64,000 nt of DNA, taken from contig OZ250150.1 in assembly GCA_965237675.1 (NCBI GenBank), forward strand, positions 3,104,001-3,168,000, in the 5' to 3' direction. Positions 19,701 to 27,954 of the stretch are shown here, piece by piece (the stretch's first letter is position 1; every line of letters starts with the position of its first letter). Position numbers and translations under genes: made by a program. The notes beneath the pieces are model-generated. The model was given only the letters and a program-made list of their open reading frames with translations, had not been told where the DNA came from and did not search any database. Source of the stretch: Candidatus Latescibacterota bacterium (lineage in GTDB: Bacteria > Latescibacterota > UBA2968 > GCA-2709665).

Positions 19701-21058
19701 ACTTCACCGTGACGGTGACCGCAACGCCCATGGACGGACAGGCCGGCACGGGTTCATTCGATCTCGAGGTAATATGCCCTGGCATCAGTGTGGGCGGCCT
19801 GCCTTCTTCGACCGTGAAGGCAACCCTAGACCAGGATATCGACGCCATCCAGGCAACGGCGTCCGGCGGACAATCGCCGTATGAGTTTGAGAAGAAGAAC
19901 GGACCGTCGTGGGTGACCGTAACCTCCAGCGGGCGCATCACCGGCACGCCCACCGAAACCGGAGAATTCACCGTGGAGGTGGAGGCGAAGGACGATTGTG
20001 ACTGTAAGGGCACGGGTTCATTTACAATCAAGGTGTGTGAGCCGGTTGCGATCGCGAGTATCTCGGACATCGACGTGTTTGTGAATGGCGCCATCTCGAG
20101 CGACGCGAATGCGACGGGCGGATGCGGAAAAATCGAATATTCGATGGCAGGCGCGCCGTCGGGTGTGAGTATTGATGCTGACAACGGTAACATTACCGGC
20201 ACGGCGCCATCCGCGCCCGACACGTTCGACGTAACGGTGACGGCGACCGACAAGGACTACAGCGATAATCATGCAGAAACGGGTTTTGCAATCACCGTAA
20301 AGACCTGCTCGCCGGTGTCCATCGCGTCGATTGCGGACCCGTGTGTGACGGTGGGCGGGTCCCTCTCGCTTTCGGCGAGTGCGACCGGCGGATGCGGGAC
20401 GATCAACTTTTCGAAGAAGAGCGGCTCGTCATGGGTGACGGTCTCATCGGGCGGTAGCATCACCGGTACGGCGCCGTCGACTGCAGGCACGCACCCGGTG
20501 ACGGTCACGGCCAAGGACTCTAACGACGAATCGAATACCGACGATGAGTCCTTCACGGTCACCGTCGTGACGCCGCTGACCATCGCGGAGCTTTCCGACG
20601 TGGTGGTGACGTGGTTTCTTGACATGACGCCGATCCAGGTGTCGGTATCCGGCGGCAAGGCGCCGTATTCGTACTCACTTGAGAGCGCGCCTATGGGCAT
20701 CTCGATTGACGAGGCGAGCGGGGAGATCAGCGGCACGCCCACGCAACTGGGCAGCGCCACGGTGACGGTTGTCGTTGACGACGACGCCGACCAGCGGGCG
20801 ACCGAGTCGTTCACCTTGACAATCGCGTTGCCCGGCGACTTCAACGGCGACGGCAGGCGCGATGCCGCCGATGCGAAGCTATTCAACAAGAAGATGGGGC
20901 TCGGCAGGTCGGATACGGGGTATGACAAGAGGATGGATCTCAACGGCGACGGGACGATCAACTATGCGGATTTCGTTATCCTCGCGGGCTATATCGAAAG
21001 CGACGCGGCTGCGCGTGGCGACGGTGAATCTGGAAATTCCGGCAAATCGGGTGATTGA
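13748..21058 (+). CDS. Giant secreted surface protein: ~16 fibronectin type III repeats + ~9 putative Ig (He_PIG-like) repeats + C-terminal EF-hand/dockerin-like pair
   Basis: Signal peptide (VFA-QD); repeated VTLTW...GYQVRY...GLTNG..YTFEVRA; ISGTPT..G..TVTVTA; DFNGDGRRDAADA/DLNGDGTINYADF. Frame is open from 13658; start chosen from the signal peptide; repeat counts are by eye. Confidence 0.9.
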   Translation: MHNSSYLAVLLIAMISPPVFAQDVLPPSNLAASVGDSMVTLTWDEPAALAVTGFEVRYGESDAVLPEDWTDIDWKKKVGTDTVTHPVTGLTNGREHTFEVRAFTADGRGQAARVTATPVSPPVAPEGLRASAGAGTVLLAWDDPYDDTITAYETRYGESRTLAFSGWIEGWTEIYGSDAGTTSLEVRDLANWVEHTFEVRAKNAAGAGDSSRVTFVLGPAPSNLAASAGDSMVTLTWDEPTALAVTGFEVRYGESDAVLPEDWTDIDWKKKVGTDTVTHPVTGLTNGREHTFEVRAFTADGRGQAARVTATPVSPPVAPEGLRASAGAGTVLLAWDDPYDNTITAYETRYGESSTLAFSGWIEGWTEIYGSDAGTTSLEVSGPANWVEHTFEVRAKNAAGAGDSSRVTFVLGPAPSNLAASAGDSMVTLTWDEPTALAVTGFEVRYGESDAVLPEDWTDIGWQNRPLTDTVTHEVSGLTNGIEHTFEVRAFTADGRGQSARVTVRMPPAALRDLTGAAGPADVTLTWADPEDASITGYQVRYGASGTALPDWSADEVVEKDAGVTTHTVRGLTIDTQYRFEVRAQAGTAYGEATAVTVTTEAATPTNLRATVASGDVVLTWDAPAASVTGYQILRRVVRSGYSREFRVIATTGRAATTYEDESVGFGWRYTYRVKAMYGEVLSQGSRLARAYVPEPPAAPEGLAAREGDGTVVLTWDDPRDDTLTGYQVRYEESGTRLPTWSGDHDIESDAATTTHEVGGLTNGNEYTFEVRPRNAAGYYGSSRVTATPRPAPAAPDSLAAMAGDGTVVLTWADPEDASITGYQVRYGQSRTALPAWSGDHDVESNASTTRHTVRAVAKGVEYRFEVRARRASAYGASSGVTARLPLPAPEGLSATPGDGQVTLSWRDPQNPYITRYQVRWAAGSAALPQWSDDHTIDDSGAATTTHTVEDLTNGRKYTFEVRARVDDVSGASAPSMATLPPPAPADLEATPGDGRVALTWTDPENDAITGYQIRYSDTDVEQAPWTVIAGSGAATTRHTVPDLANGRVYTIEVRAHVGTGAGDAARVTVPLLPLPGAPRNLRAALDDGNVELTWDPPVVHVESVRSYRIAYWYAGRSGTIGTPTAVTRWEYVVYGGEGIVRYTFKVRAVSNEGFGDWSENVTIEVDTGGSIDPLPPPANLAATAGVGQVLLAWTDPDDDTITGYQVRYSDRGAALPAWSDRHNITSTASTTSHPVTGLTDGTAYTFQVRAKKGDVAGASASVTQPAAPGNLGASAGDASATLSWANPQDAAIVGYQVRWAEAGAALPAWGDIGGSGAATTSHAVTGVTHTTAYTFHVRAKTADADGAYAGVTQPAPPGALTASVGDGSVTLSWDDPQNVAVTGYQYRYRVGGGSFTVWTGFTQGGGAATSGTIGGLTNGSRHTFEVRAKAGNVDGAAASLITIPGPPAPPANLRAGAGNGSVTLTWNDPNNDTIDGYHVRYGRSNVNLPDWSDDHNVDNSGPTTTRHRVSGLTNGRAYTFDVRAYNEVGVGVSDSVVATPTVPPCETLTIDAINDVKVSVNQSFSRTARARGGCAPITITMSGAPSGVTIESGTGRSKTISSSGLSPEGTHTVTVTARDGRGTTATEPFDIIVDCPSISVSQSPANPKVAVGDSVIVTASASGGCGSHTFSDPSGLSWVTKKDESDNQYIVAPTVGTPTGPHYFNVIARDDHDNTGTGRLKVTVIPPSPPECSAIVVSIAPSSVTVKAGGTKTATASAEADCPPITFGKKPPSGPPTWVTVTSTGGITINPPATAAGGHTAVVTATDNQQNTADKDLPITVCEPVAIGSISTQTVPQGGTKTVSVTASGGCGTINMSHSSPDWVGMVSTGGSGTITISPPRGTPTRDYTATVTARDSDLPEENKAETSFKIKVVAPPVRPCDVTVGGLPSGTVTATVCEPIESITAVASGDCPPYTFRIMGGPAGVSIGDSSGVISGKPTQTGDFTVTVTATPMDGQAGTGSFDLEVICPGISVGGLPSSTVKATLDQDIDAIQATASGGQSPYEFEKKNGPSWVTVTSSGRITGTPTETGEFTVEVEAKDDCDCKGTGSFTIKVCEPVAIASISDIDVFVNGAISSDANATGGCGKIEYSMAGAPSGVSIDADNGNITGTAPSAPDTFDVTVTATDKDYSDNHAETGFAITVKTCSPVSIASIADPCVTVGGSLSLSASATGGCGTINFSKKSGSSWVTVSSGGSITGTAPSTAGTHPVTVTAKDSNDESNTDDESFTVTVVTPLTIAELSDVVVTWFLDMTPIQVSVSGGKAPYSYSLESAPMGISIDEASGEISGTPTQLGSATVTVVVDDDADQRATESFTLTIALPGDFNGDGRRDAADAKLFNKKMGLGRSDTGYDKRMDLNGDGTINYADFVILAGYIESDAAARGDGESGNSGKSGD
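13829..15258 (+). repeat. Near-identical 582-bp tandem repeat (~2.4 copies; each unit is two Fn3 domains)
   Basis: Units start at 13829, 14411 and 14993 (TCGAACCT...) with only scattered substitutions. Confidence 0.95.
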
Positions 21059-21079
21059 CGCGAAGGGAGTGATGGCGAT

Positions 21080-23329
21080 ATGAAGAGACGCTTTGTACCT
21101 CGTTTGCCGGCAAGGATTTGGCTGGCGGCGTGCTGGCTTTTGCTGTTGTGCCTGCCGGGTGCGGGCTCCGGCTCGTCCGCGCGCGCCGATAACGTGGAAT
21201 TCTGCGGTGTGATGGACCACGAGGCGTGGCTGCGCGAGCACGCCGTGGGTGCGGGCAAGCGCGCGGCGGAACTCATCGCGGGGGAGCCGCGGACGGTGCG
21301 TATGATCTATTTTCTCCCCAACGACCGGCCGTACCGGCAGTCGATGGTGGATACGATGAAGGCGAGGATGGTGCGTCTGCAGGCGTGGTTTGGCCGGCAG
21401 ATGGAGGCGCACGGGTATGGATACATGACGTTCCGGTATGAGGCGGACGCTGCCGGCGACCCCGTTGTGCACCGCCTGGACGGCGACCACGGCGACGCCT
21501 ATTATCTCGAGGAGACGTCGATTAAGATGCAGCGGGAGTTATATCGGCGCTTTGACGTGAAGAATGTGGTTGACTTCATCGTGGTGGACACCAGCACCGG
21601 ACTGCTGCACGAGCCGGGAGGCCAGAGGTATGCCGGAATGGCAAGCGGCGGAAAAGATGGAGGTCAAGCGGAGGTTGGAGGCGGCTTCAGTTTCTTCGTT
21701 GCCGCCCACGAGCTGGCGCACGCCTTCGGGTTGATGTGGCACGATTTCCGTGACGACACCTACATCCTGTCGTATGGCTTCGGTTTGCGCACCCGGCTGT
21801 CGGCGTGCTCGGCGCGGTATCTGGCGGTGACACCCCTCCTCAACCCTGAGATTCCCCTGGGAATAGACCGGACGTCGGCGCCGACCATCGAATTCGCGGG
21901 CCCGACGGTCTGGTATGCTCCCGGCACCGAGCGCTTCACGGTGTCGTGGCGCGTGGCCGACCCCGACGGCGTCCACCAGGTGATCCAGTGGACCGGCAAT
22001 CCCATGAGCCGCTCTCTGGCACCTCAAGTGAAGGCGTGCCGCGACGTGGCGGGAGAGACGGAAGCCGTGGTGTCGTTCGAGTATGACGGCGCGATCCCGT
22101 CGATGGCCCATTCGAGTCTTTCGAATCCCACCTCGCACCAGTTGCCGGCTAAAACCGTCGATACGCAAGGTAACGGGTCTTCGGAAGGTCTCATAATCGC
22201 GCAGGCGTCGCCGCATCACGTGGCCACGCTGAAGGTGGAGACGGAAACCATATCCAGCATCGCGATCTCTCCGTTGGGTGACCTGCTGGCGGCGGGCACG
22301 CGGGAGAGTTACACCGTGTCGAAGTGGGGGCAAGACGGTTACGTCAGGTTGTGGGACCTGGCGCGGCGGGAAGAGGTGGCCACGCTGGTAGGGGATGCGC
22401 AATACGTCAAATCGGTGGCGTTTTCTCCCGACGGGGGCCTCCTGGCGTCGGCGGGGGTAACGGATGATACCGTGAAGCTGTGGGACGTGGCGCGGCGTGA
22501 AGAGGTCGCCGTGCTGGAAGGGCATACGGGAACGATCAATTCGGTGGCGTTTTCTCCCGACGGCAGCCTCCTGGCATCGGCAGGGCGGGACAGCACCGTC
22601 AGGGTGTGGGACGTGGCGCGGCGGGAAGCCGTGGCCGTGCTGGAAGGGCACGACGGCTGGGTGAATTCCGTGGCGTTTTCTCCCGACGGGGGCGTCCTGG
22701 CATCGGCGGGGTGGGACCAAACCATCAGGGTGTGGGACGTGGCCGCGCGGCAGGAGGTCGCCGTGCTTGACAGGCATACGGACGTGATCAACTCGGTGGC
22801 GTTTTCTCCCGACGGGGGCGTCCTGGCATCGGCGGGGAGGTTCGACAGAACCGTCAGGCTGTGGGACACCGCGGCGTGGAACGAAGTCGCCGTGCTCACA
22901 AGAGCGGGCACGTTCGCCGCCTCGGACCTGGCGTTTTCTCCCGACGGCGGGAAACTGGCAGCCGGAATGGAACTTGGAAAGATCGATCTGTGGGACGTGC
23001 ACAGCGAAGAAGTCGTGGAGAAGTATAGCTATCCAGGCTCTCTGCGCTCCATTGCGTTTTCTCCCGACGGCCGCACGCTGTTCGTGGGCCTGTCCAGGGG
23101 CCGCATCGAAATGTTTGATACGTCACCGCACACCAGCCCTGGATCCAGGATCCCGGACTGGGACGGCGACGGGGAGGTGGGTTTTGGCGACTTCGTGAAG
23201 TTCGCGAAAAAGTTCGGATACAGCCGCGGCAAGGCCGGGTATGACCCGCGCTTCGACCTGGACAGGGACGGCGAGGTGGGGTTCTCGGACTTCCTCATCC
23301 TGGCCAGGGCGTTCGGCGCAAACACGTAG
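21080..23329 (+). CDS. Secreted zinc metallopeptidase-like domain + WD40 propeller + C-terminal EF-hand/dockerin-like pair
   Basis: Signal peptide; AHELAHAFGLMWHD (HExxH); ~7 SVAFSPDG..LASAG.D.TV..WD repeats; DWDGDGEVGFGDF/DLDRDGEVGFSDF. Confidence 0.9.
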   Translation: MKRRFVPRLPARIWLAACWLLLLCLPGAGSGSSARADNVEFCGVMDHEAWLREHAVGAGKRAAELIAGEPRTVRMIYFLPNDRPYRQSMVDTMKARMVRLQAWFGRQMEAHGYGYMTFRYEADAAGDPVVHRLDGDHGDAYYLEETSIKMQRELYRRFDVKNVVDFIVVDTSTGLLHEPGGQRYAGMASGGKDGGQAEVGGGFSFFVAAHELAHAFGLMWHDFRDDTYILSYGFGLRTRLSACSARYLAVTPLLNPEIPLGIDRTSAPTIEFAGPTVWYAPGTERFTVSWRVADPDGVHQVIQWTGNPMSRSLAPQVKACRDVAGETEAVVSFEYDGAIPSMAHSSLSNPTSHQLPAKTVDTQGNGSSEGLIIAQASPHHVATLKVETETISSIAISPLGDLLAAGTRESYTVSKWGQDGYVRLWDLARREEVATLVGDAQYVKSVAFSPDGGLLASAGVTDDTVKLWDVARREEVAVLEGHTGTINSVAFSPDGSLLASAGRDSTVRVWDVARREAVAVLEGHDGWVNSVAFSPDGGVLASAGWDQTIRVWDVAARQEVAVLDRHTDVINSVAFSPDGGVLASAGRFDRTVRLWDTAAWNEVAVLTRAGTFAASDLAFSPDGGKLAAGMELGKIDLWDVHSEEVVEKYSYPGSLRSIAFSPDGRTLFVGLSRGRIEMFDTSPHTSPGSRIPDWDGDGEVGFGDFVKFAKKFGYSRGKAGYDPRFDLDRDGEVGFSDFLILARAFGANT

Positions 23330-23397
23330 GCGTGACATGATCGCTGTGGCGACGAGGCGGAAGAACAGCTGACGATGGCGTGCAGGCTGATTCGTGT

Positions 23398-23864
23398 GTA
23401 GGGGCGTCCCTTGTGGGCCTGCCTGCAGCGCAGTACGCTGCGCAGGCAGGCACCCGCACTGTGAAGAAGCGCGTGTGAAGGTGGGGCAGACATTCCTGTC
23501 TGCCCGCCTCGATGTCGTTCTGTCCACGTCGTACGGCATCCTCGTTTCCGGTGGATCAGGGCAGGTTTGAAACCTGCCCCTACCGTCGGGGGCGGATCTG
23601 GATCTTCTGATCGAACAGACGGGAGATGCTTCGACTTCGTTCAGAATGACATGTTTTGCAATAACGATTGGCGAAACCGGTCTGTCACGTCTCGGCACAA
23701 ACTGTCATCCTGAGGAAGCCCTGTCTGCCGTGCCCGGCACAGGCAGGCGCCAGGCTGACGAAGGATCTCCTGCGGCATGGGACGCTCCCATGCCGGCATC
23801 AAACCACGTTTCGATCGCTTCGTGGAAACGGAAGGAAATGAGCAGACAGGAATGTCTGCTCCAC
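23398..23864. repeat. Cluster of REP-like palindromic elements of several types
   Basis: GTAGGGGCGTCCCTTGTGGGC (23398); GTGGGGCAGACATTCCTGTCTGCCC (23481) with an inverted partner (23841-23864); inverted GTAGGGGCAGGTTTCAAACCTGCCC (ends 23583); inverted pair of TGTCAT(T/C)CTGA...GAAG..TCT (23624-23651, 23703-23768). Confidence 0.7.
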
Positions 23865-23938
23865 CCTCTCAACCATCAGATGTGTTCTTGGCACGTACGG
23901 CCGCACCCTCCTGCTGGGGAAGCCTTGGGGCGGTCGGG

Positions 23939-24361
23939 CTACCACATATGCACGAAAACCGCGGGTCGGACTTTTCTGCCCGTCGGGGACGTTGAGAGCA
24001 GGGAGTCGGCGTAGGCCGCGTGGCTGACCATATAGTCCCGGCTGCCGCCGCGCAGAAAGAGGTGAAGATTACGTTCGGGATGGGCGATAAGCCCGGCGGT
24101 GAGCCGTTTGAACTCCCCCGGCCGGAGCAGCCGGTCTACGGATTTCCCGTCGCCCGACAGGCCTGGACCCCTGGCCGTGTAGATGAGGACCAGGTCCTCG
24201 GGCCTGGGGTCGTGGTGATGCACCCGCCAGACCGGTTGCACAACATTGAGGATCATAATGCCCAGGGTGAGCATGAGCATCATGATTCCCAAAAAGAGTT
24301 CTTTGCTCACGTCGTGTTCTTCCGCCTGTGTGGCGGCGCGTTGGAGGAATCGGCCTCTCAC
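23939..24361 (-). CDS. Single-TM hypothetical protein, possible divergent ExbD/MotB-type partner
   Basis: Start overlaps the stop of the MotA/ExbB-like gene (GTGA); one TM preceded by acidic residues. Confidence 0.6.
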   Translation of the reverse strand: MRGRFLQRAATQAEEHDVSKELFLGIMMLMLTLGIMILNVVQPVWRVHHHDPRPEDLVLIYTARGPGLSGDGKSVDRLLRPGEFKRLTAGLIAHPERNLHLFLRGGSRDYMVSHAAYADSLLSTSPTGRKVRPAVFVHMW

Positions 24362-25155
24362 GTGACTTCGCCCCCAGGCTCATCTCTCAGGGCCAGCCAG
24401 GCCCGTTCCAGGGCTCCGACCCTTCCAAGCAATATGTCGAAGCACTTTCTGAGCGGCAGATAGGCCAGCAAGGCGATTAGTGTTGTCTTGAACGCCAGGG
24501 TCAGCCCGTCGGCCATGTCCCTGAGGACTTTGAACGATTCGGTGGCCTCGTCCAAATGGGCGAGTTGCTGCGCCATAAGCAGGATGCCGCAAACCGTGCC
24601 CAGATAGCCATAAAACGGAATACGGCTGAGCGCGCGATGGCCCAGTAGCAACCGTTCGCCGATAACGCCGATCAGATCGGTGACCAGCTCGTCGTCACGG
24701 GCCTTCAGATCCATGTACGTGTCCGTATCATGCTCCAGTTTTTTCAGGCCCTCATTTCGACGTGAAAGAAGCGTGCCCTGGCGGCGGCCGGTTGCCGGGG
24801 AGCGCAGGGCTTTCTCTTCAGTCCGAATACGCATCCACATATGGACGACGAGAGAAAGATGCGCTGCGGACGCTGCCACGATGAGCGCATATGAAGACCG
24901 GCCTACCCATTCGATCCAGCTTTGAGGCGGCGGGACGAACATGTAATAGTAGATTCCCAGCAGGGCGATGCCCAGTCCCGCAAGGCCGCCGAGCGCGGCG
25001 CTGGTGAGATTCGCGTGGATTGCCGGCAGTCCGTACCGGTGCTCTTCCCGGCGGATTACCGCCATGTCCCGCATCAGAGTGAGCGAGCCCGCCATTGCGC
25101 AGGCGGATATGAAAAGGATCGATGTGAGAATTTCGATCCTGGTTAAACTCTCCAC
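24358..25155 (-). CDS. MotA/TolQ/ExbB proton-channel family protein
   Basis: IPFYGYLGTVCGI...GLTLAFKTTLIAL; three extra N-terminal TMs. Confidence 0.75.
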   Translation of the reverse strand: MESLTRIEILTSILFISACAMAGSLTLMRDMAVIRREEHRYGLPAIHANLTSAALGGLAGLGIALLGIYYYMFVPPPQSWIEWVGRSSYALIVAASAAHLSLVVHMWMRIRTEEKALRSPATGRRQGTLLSRRNEGLKKLEHDTDTYMDLKARDDELVTDLIGVIGERLLLGHRALSRIPFYGYLGTVCGILLMAQQLAHLDEATESFKVLRDMADGLTLAFKTTLIALLAYLPLRKCFDILLGRVGALERAWLALRDEPGGEVT

Positions 25156-25179
25156 GGCGCGTTCTCCCGTCGGGAAAAC

Positions 25180-26418
25180 TCACACACGAAATACATCCCT
25201 GCTCTTCGAAATGACAAACCCCACATACGCGGCGATAACAATGGTGGGCAAGAGCAAGCCCGCACGGGAAGCCCGCCCGCTGCTCCCGGCGCTTCCAACG
25301 GGTTCGCTTACGGCGGGATCTTCTTTTCTTCCCTTGTATCTGGCATTCGATTTTTCACCGGGGGACCGTTCCTCGGGCGGGCGATAGGCGTTCCGACGGT
25401 CACCAACTTCCGTGCCAGAGGCTGCCGTTCCGGCGGCCGCAATGAGGGCGCCTTCACCCTTCAGGGCGCGTTTTCGGGGGTAGACGAGGCGCTTTTCCGT
25501 TTCTGCCAGTTTCTCCGCCCACAATTTGACTTCCTTCGCGAAGGTGAGCGACTTCTCTTCCTTCAAAGGCCCCGCCTTGCCCAGCGTGAGGCTGATTCCC
25601 GGATTCTGATGTCCGTCGTAAACGGGCTGCATGACAGGACCCGCGGACTCTCGAAGCTGGCGTTCGAGCCCGGCGCGTGTTTCCTGCAGGGATAACAGGC
25701 TTTGCACAAAGCTGTGGTAGTCCATTCGTTTCCGCTTCGTGTTCGGGGCGGATTTCCACGACGTTTTCGACAGGGCCTGTTCGATATCCCGACGGCTGAA
25801 CCGCTTCACGAATTCCGCCTGCCCGAAGACCCGGGAATGCCAGATAATCCGGGCTGAGGGAATGTCCGGCACGGGATGTGCGTAGATGATTTCGAGGGCC
25901 GGTCCGTTTGTTGACTGCCAGGTATCGTCGGAGACCAGAATAGGGTGCAGCGCGCCGTTTGCGTTCTTCAGATAAAGACCGAAGAGGAATCCGCTTTCCA
26001 CGTGGTCCGTGTCCCAGCATCGGGCGCGGATCCGATTCCTGTTTTTCAGATAGACGCGCGGGATTTCGATCTCCACCGGTGTGAGGCGGGTTTCACCGAC
26101 GAGGAAGTCGTTGAGCCAGACACGGGCCTCGTCATCGGCCCAGAAGATGCAGACAACGGACGTCCCTTCCGGAAGACGCAGGACGTCGGCCGCCCGGGGC
26201 AGGCGTTTGTCATCGACGGCTCCGGGGTCCGCTGCATTCATCGCGCCGACGAGGCTGTCTATCTGCGAAGAGACCGCGTTATACTCCTGGCGAATGGAAA
26301 TCAGTGTACGGTCCGTCGCGGCGGTTCTGTCAGCTGTGCTCCCTGGGACGTCGGGTAACGCCCACGGGAAGACGGCCAGGGCGAGCGCGGTCAGCCATCG
26401 GTTTCGCGACCGGTACAT
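25180..26418 (-). CDS. Secreted hypothetical protein with a beta-sandwich (lectin-like) domain and C-terminal membrane anchor
   Basis: Signal peptide after a GGAG RBS; ADDEARVWLNDFLVG...LVSDDTW; terminal hydrophobic helix plus basic tail. Confidence 0.65.
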   Translation of the reverse strand: MYRSRNRWLTALALAVFPWALPDVPGSTADRTAATDRTLISIRQEYNAVSSQIDSLVGAMNAADPGAVDDKRLPRAADVLRLPEGTSVVCIFWADDEARVWLNDFLVGETRLTPVEIEIPRVYLKNRNRIRARCWDTDHVESGFLFGLYLKNANGALHPILVSDDTWQSTNGPALEIIYAHPVPDIPSARIIWHSRVFGQAEFVKRFSRRDIEQALSKTSWKSAPNTKRKRMDYHSFVQSLLSLQETRAGLERQLRESAGPVMQPVYDGHQNPGISLTLGKAGPLKEEKSLTFAKEVKLWAEKLAETEKRLVYPRKRALKGEGALIAAAGTAASGTEVGDRRNAYRPPEERSPGEKSNARYKGRKEDPAVSEPVGSAGSSGRASRAGLLLPTIVIAAYVGFVISKSRDVFRV

Positions 26419-26689
26419 GGGGATTGTCTCCGGCGTATCAGGAGGCCATTGACGAACGGGTCCTTGCGAATACACCATAGCGATTACTACTGCGTCATCC
26501 GGAACAAGTGTTCTGTCCCGAAGATAGACCGTCGAAATTCGGCCGACGAGCTCGTTTCGACAAGCTCAATGACCACGTTTCAACAGGCTCGTCTCGAGAG
26601 GCTTAACGCAGGCAACACACGCTACGAAGTCAACGTAGCGATACTGGATGAACCGTCGGAAGAATGGTGATATATTCCCTGTCAGGTCA

Positions 26690-27814
26690 CTAAAAGTCCA
26701 CAAAGGATCCATCTTCTTCGGAGCGCCACATACCACGGAAGCGAAAGCGTTCGTCCCGCATGGCATCGAGGGCGTCGTCGTCAATTTCGAATCCCAGTCC
26801 GGGGCCGGTGGGCAGGTCAATAAAGCCGTCTTTGAAAGTGAGAGGCGGCAACAATAGACCTTCGCCGCGAGTGGTGCCGCCTTCGCAGATCAGGAAATTC
26901 GGGACCGTGGCCATGGTGTGGATGGACGCGACGACGCCGATGGGACCGGCCGCGTTGTGCGGGGCCACGGCAATGTCCCGGATTTCGGCCAGCGTGGCGA
27001 TTTTTTTCATTTCCGAGATGCCTCCCACGTGCCGGATATCCGGCTGTATAACGGCGCAGGCCTGCTTTTCCACAATGTCCCAGAAACTCCAGCGGGTGAG
27101 GTGGCGTTCCCCGGTTGCGATGGGTGTGGGGGTTGAACGGGAGAGGGCGAGCAGGGCATCGTTGTTTTCCGGATGACAGGGTTCTTCCGCAAAAAACAGA
27201 TTGTAGGGTTCGAGCGCTTTGACGGTGATGATGGCCATCCGGGGGCTGAGGCGGCGGTGCAGATCCACCGCAATGTCGACGTCGTCGCCCACGGCCTCGC
27301 GCACCGCGGCGACGCGGGCAACCATTTCGTCTACCGTTTTTGTTGTATCCACAAATCGGACGGGTTCGACGGAGACACCCATTTTGATGGCCGTGAACCC
27401 GTCGGCGACCCTCTCGCGGGCCTGTTTCGCACAGGATTCCGGCGTATTCCCTCCGGCGTGGGCGTAGACGCGCACCCGGTCTCGAACCGAGCCGCCAAGA
27501 AGTCGCCAAACGGGCACGTTCAGAACTTTACCCATAATGTCCCACATGGCCATGTCCACGCCACTGAGCGCGCCAATAATGATAGGCATGCTGCGACTGT
27601 AAGTGGAGCGAAAAAAGGTCTGCCAATGGTCTTCGATCTGGAGCGGGTCCTTGCCGATGAGATATTCGGCCAGGTCGTCCATTGCGCGCGCGACAATCCG
27701 CCAGTGCGAATAGTCGAGGGGTTCGCCATAGCCGACAATGCCCTCGTCGGTATGCATTTTGAGAAGCAGGAACCGTTGTGCAACGGGGATGGTTTCAAGG
27801 CGGGTGATCTTCAT
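26690..27814 (-). CDS. dgoD: Galactonate dehydratase (mandelate racemase/enolase superfamily)
   Basis: MKITRLET, GYGEP, ALSGVDMAMWDI, VDLH, EEP, ATGER, QPD, APHN, W...DGS ending. Confidence 0.75.
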   Translation of the reverse strand: MKITRLETIPVAQRFLLLKMHTDEGIVGYGEPLDYSHWRIVARAMDDLAEYLIGKDPLQIEDHWQTFFRSTYSRSMPIIIGALSGVDMAMWDIMGKVLNVPVWRLLGGSVRDRVRVYAHAGGNTPESCAKQARERVADGFTAIKMGVSVEPVRFVDTTKTVDEMVARVAAVREAVGDDVDIAVDLHRRLSPRMAIITVKALEPYNLFFAEEPCHPENNDALLALSRSTPTPIATGERHLTRWSFWDIVEKQACAVIQPDIRHVGGISEMKKIATLAEIRDIAVAPHNAAGPIGVVASIHTMATVPNFLICEGGTTRGEGLLLPPLTFKDGFIDLPTGPGLGFEIDDDALDAMRDERFRFRGMWRSEEDGSFVDF

Positions 27815-27954
27815 TGGGATTGACCTCGATGGAAAATCCGGCGATCCGGCGTTTTCGGCATGCCGGGCATGCTCGTCCGTTCCCGTGCCTGTCAGGCGTG
27901 GTTCTCGGGCCGGCATGCATGCCGCGCCGGGCCCGGAGGCATTCAGCCGTCGGC

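Noticed and set aside
22340-22880. Regularly spaced direct repeats suggesting a CRISPR array
   Set aside because: In-frame WD40 coding repeats; the intervening sequence is also similar; no cas genes.
23939-25155. Zorya ZorAB
   Set aside because: No long ZorA tail, no OmpA-like ZorB domain, no ZorC/D/E.
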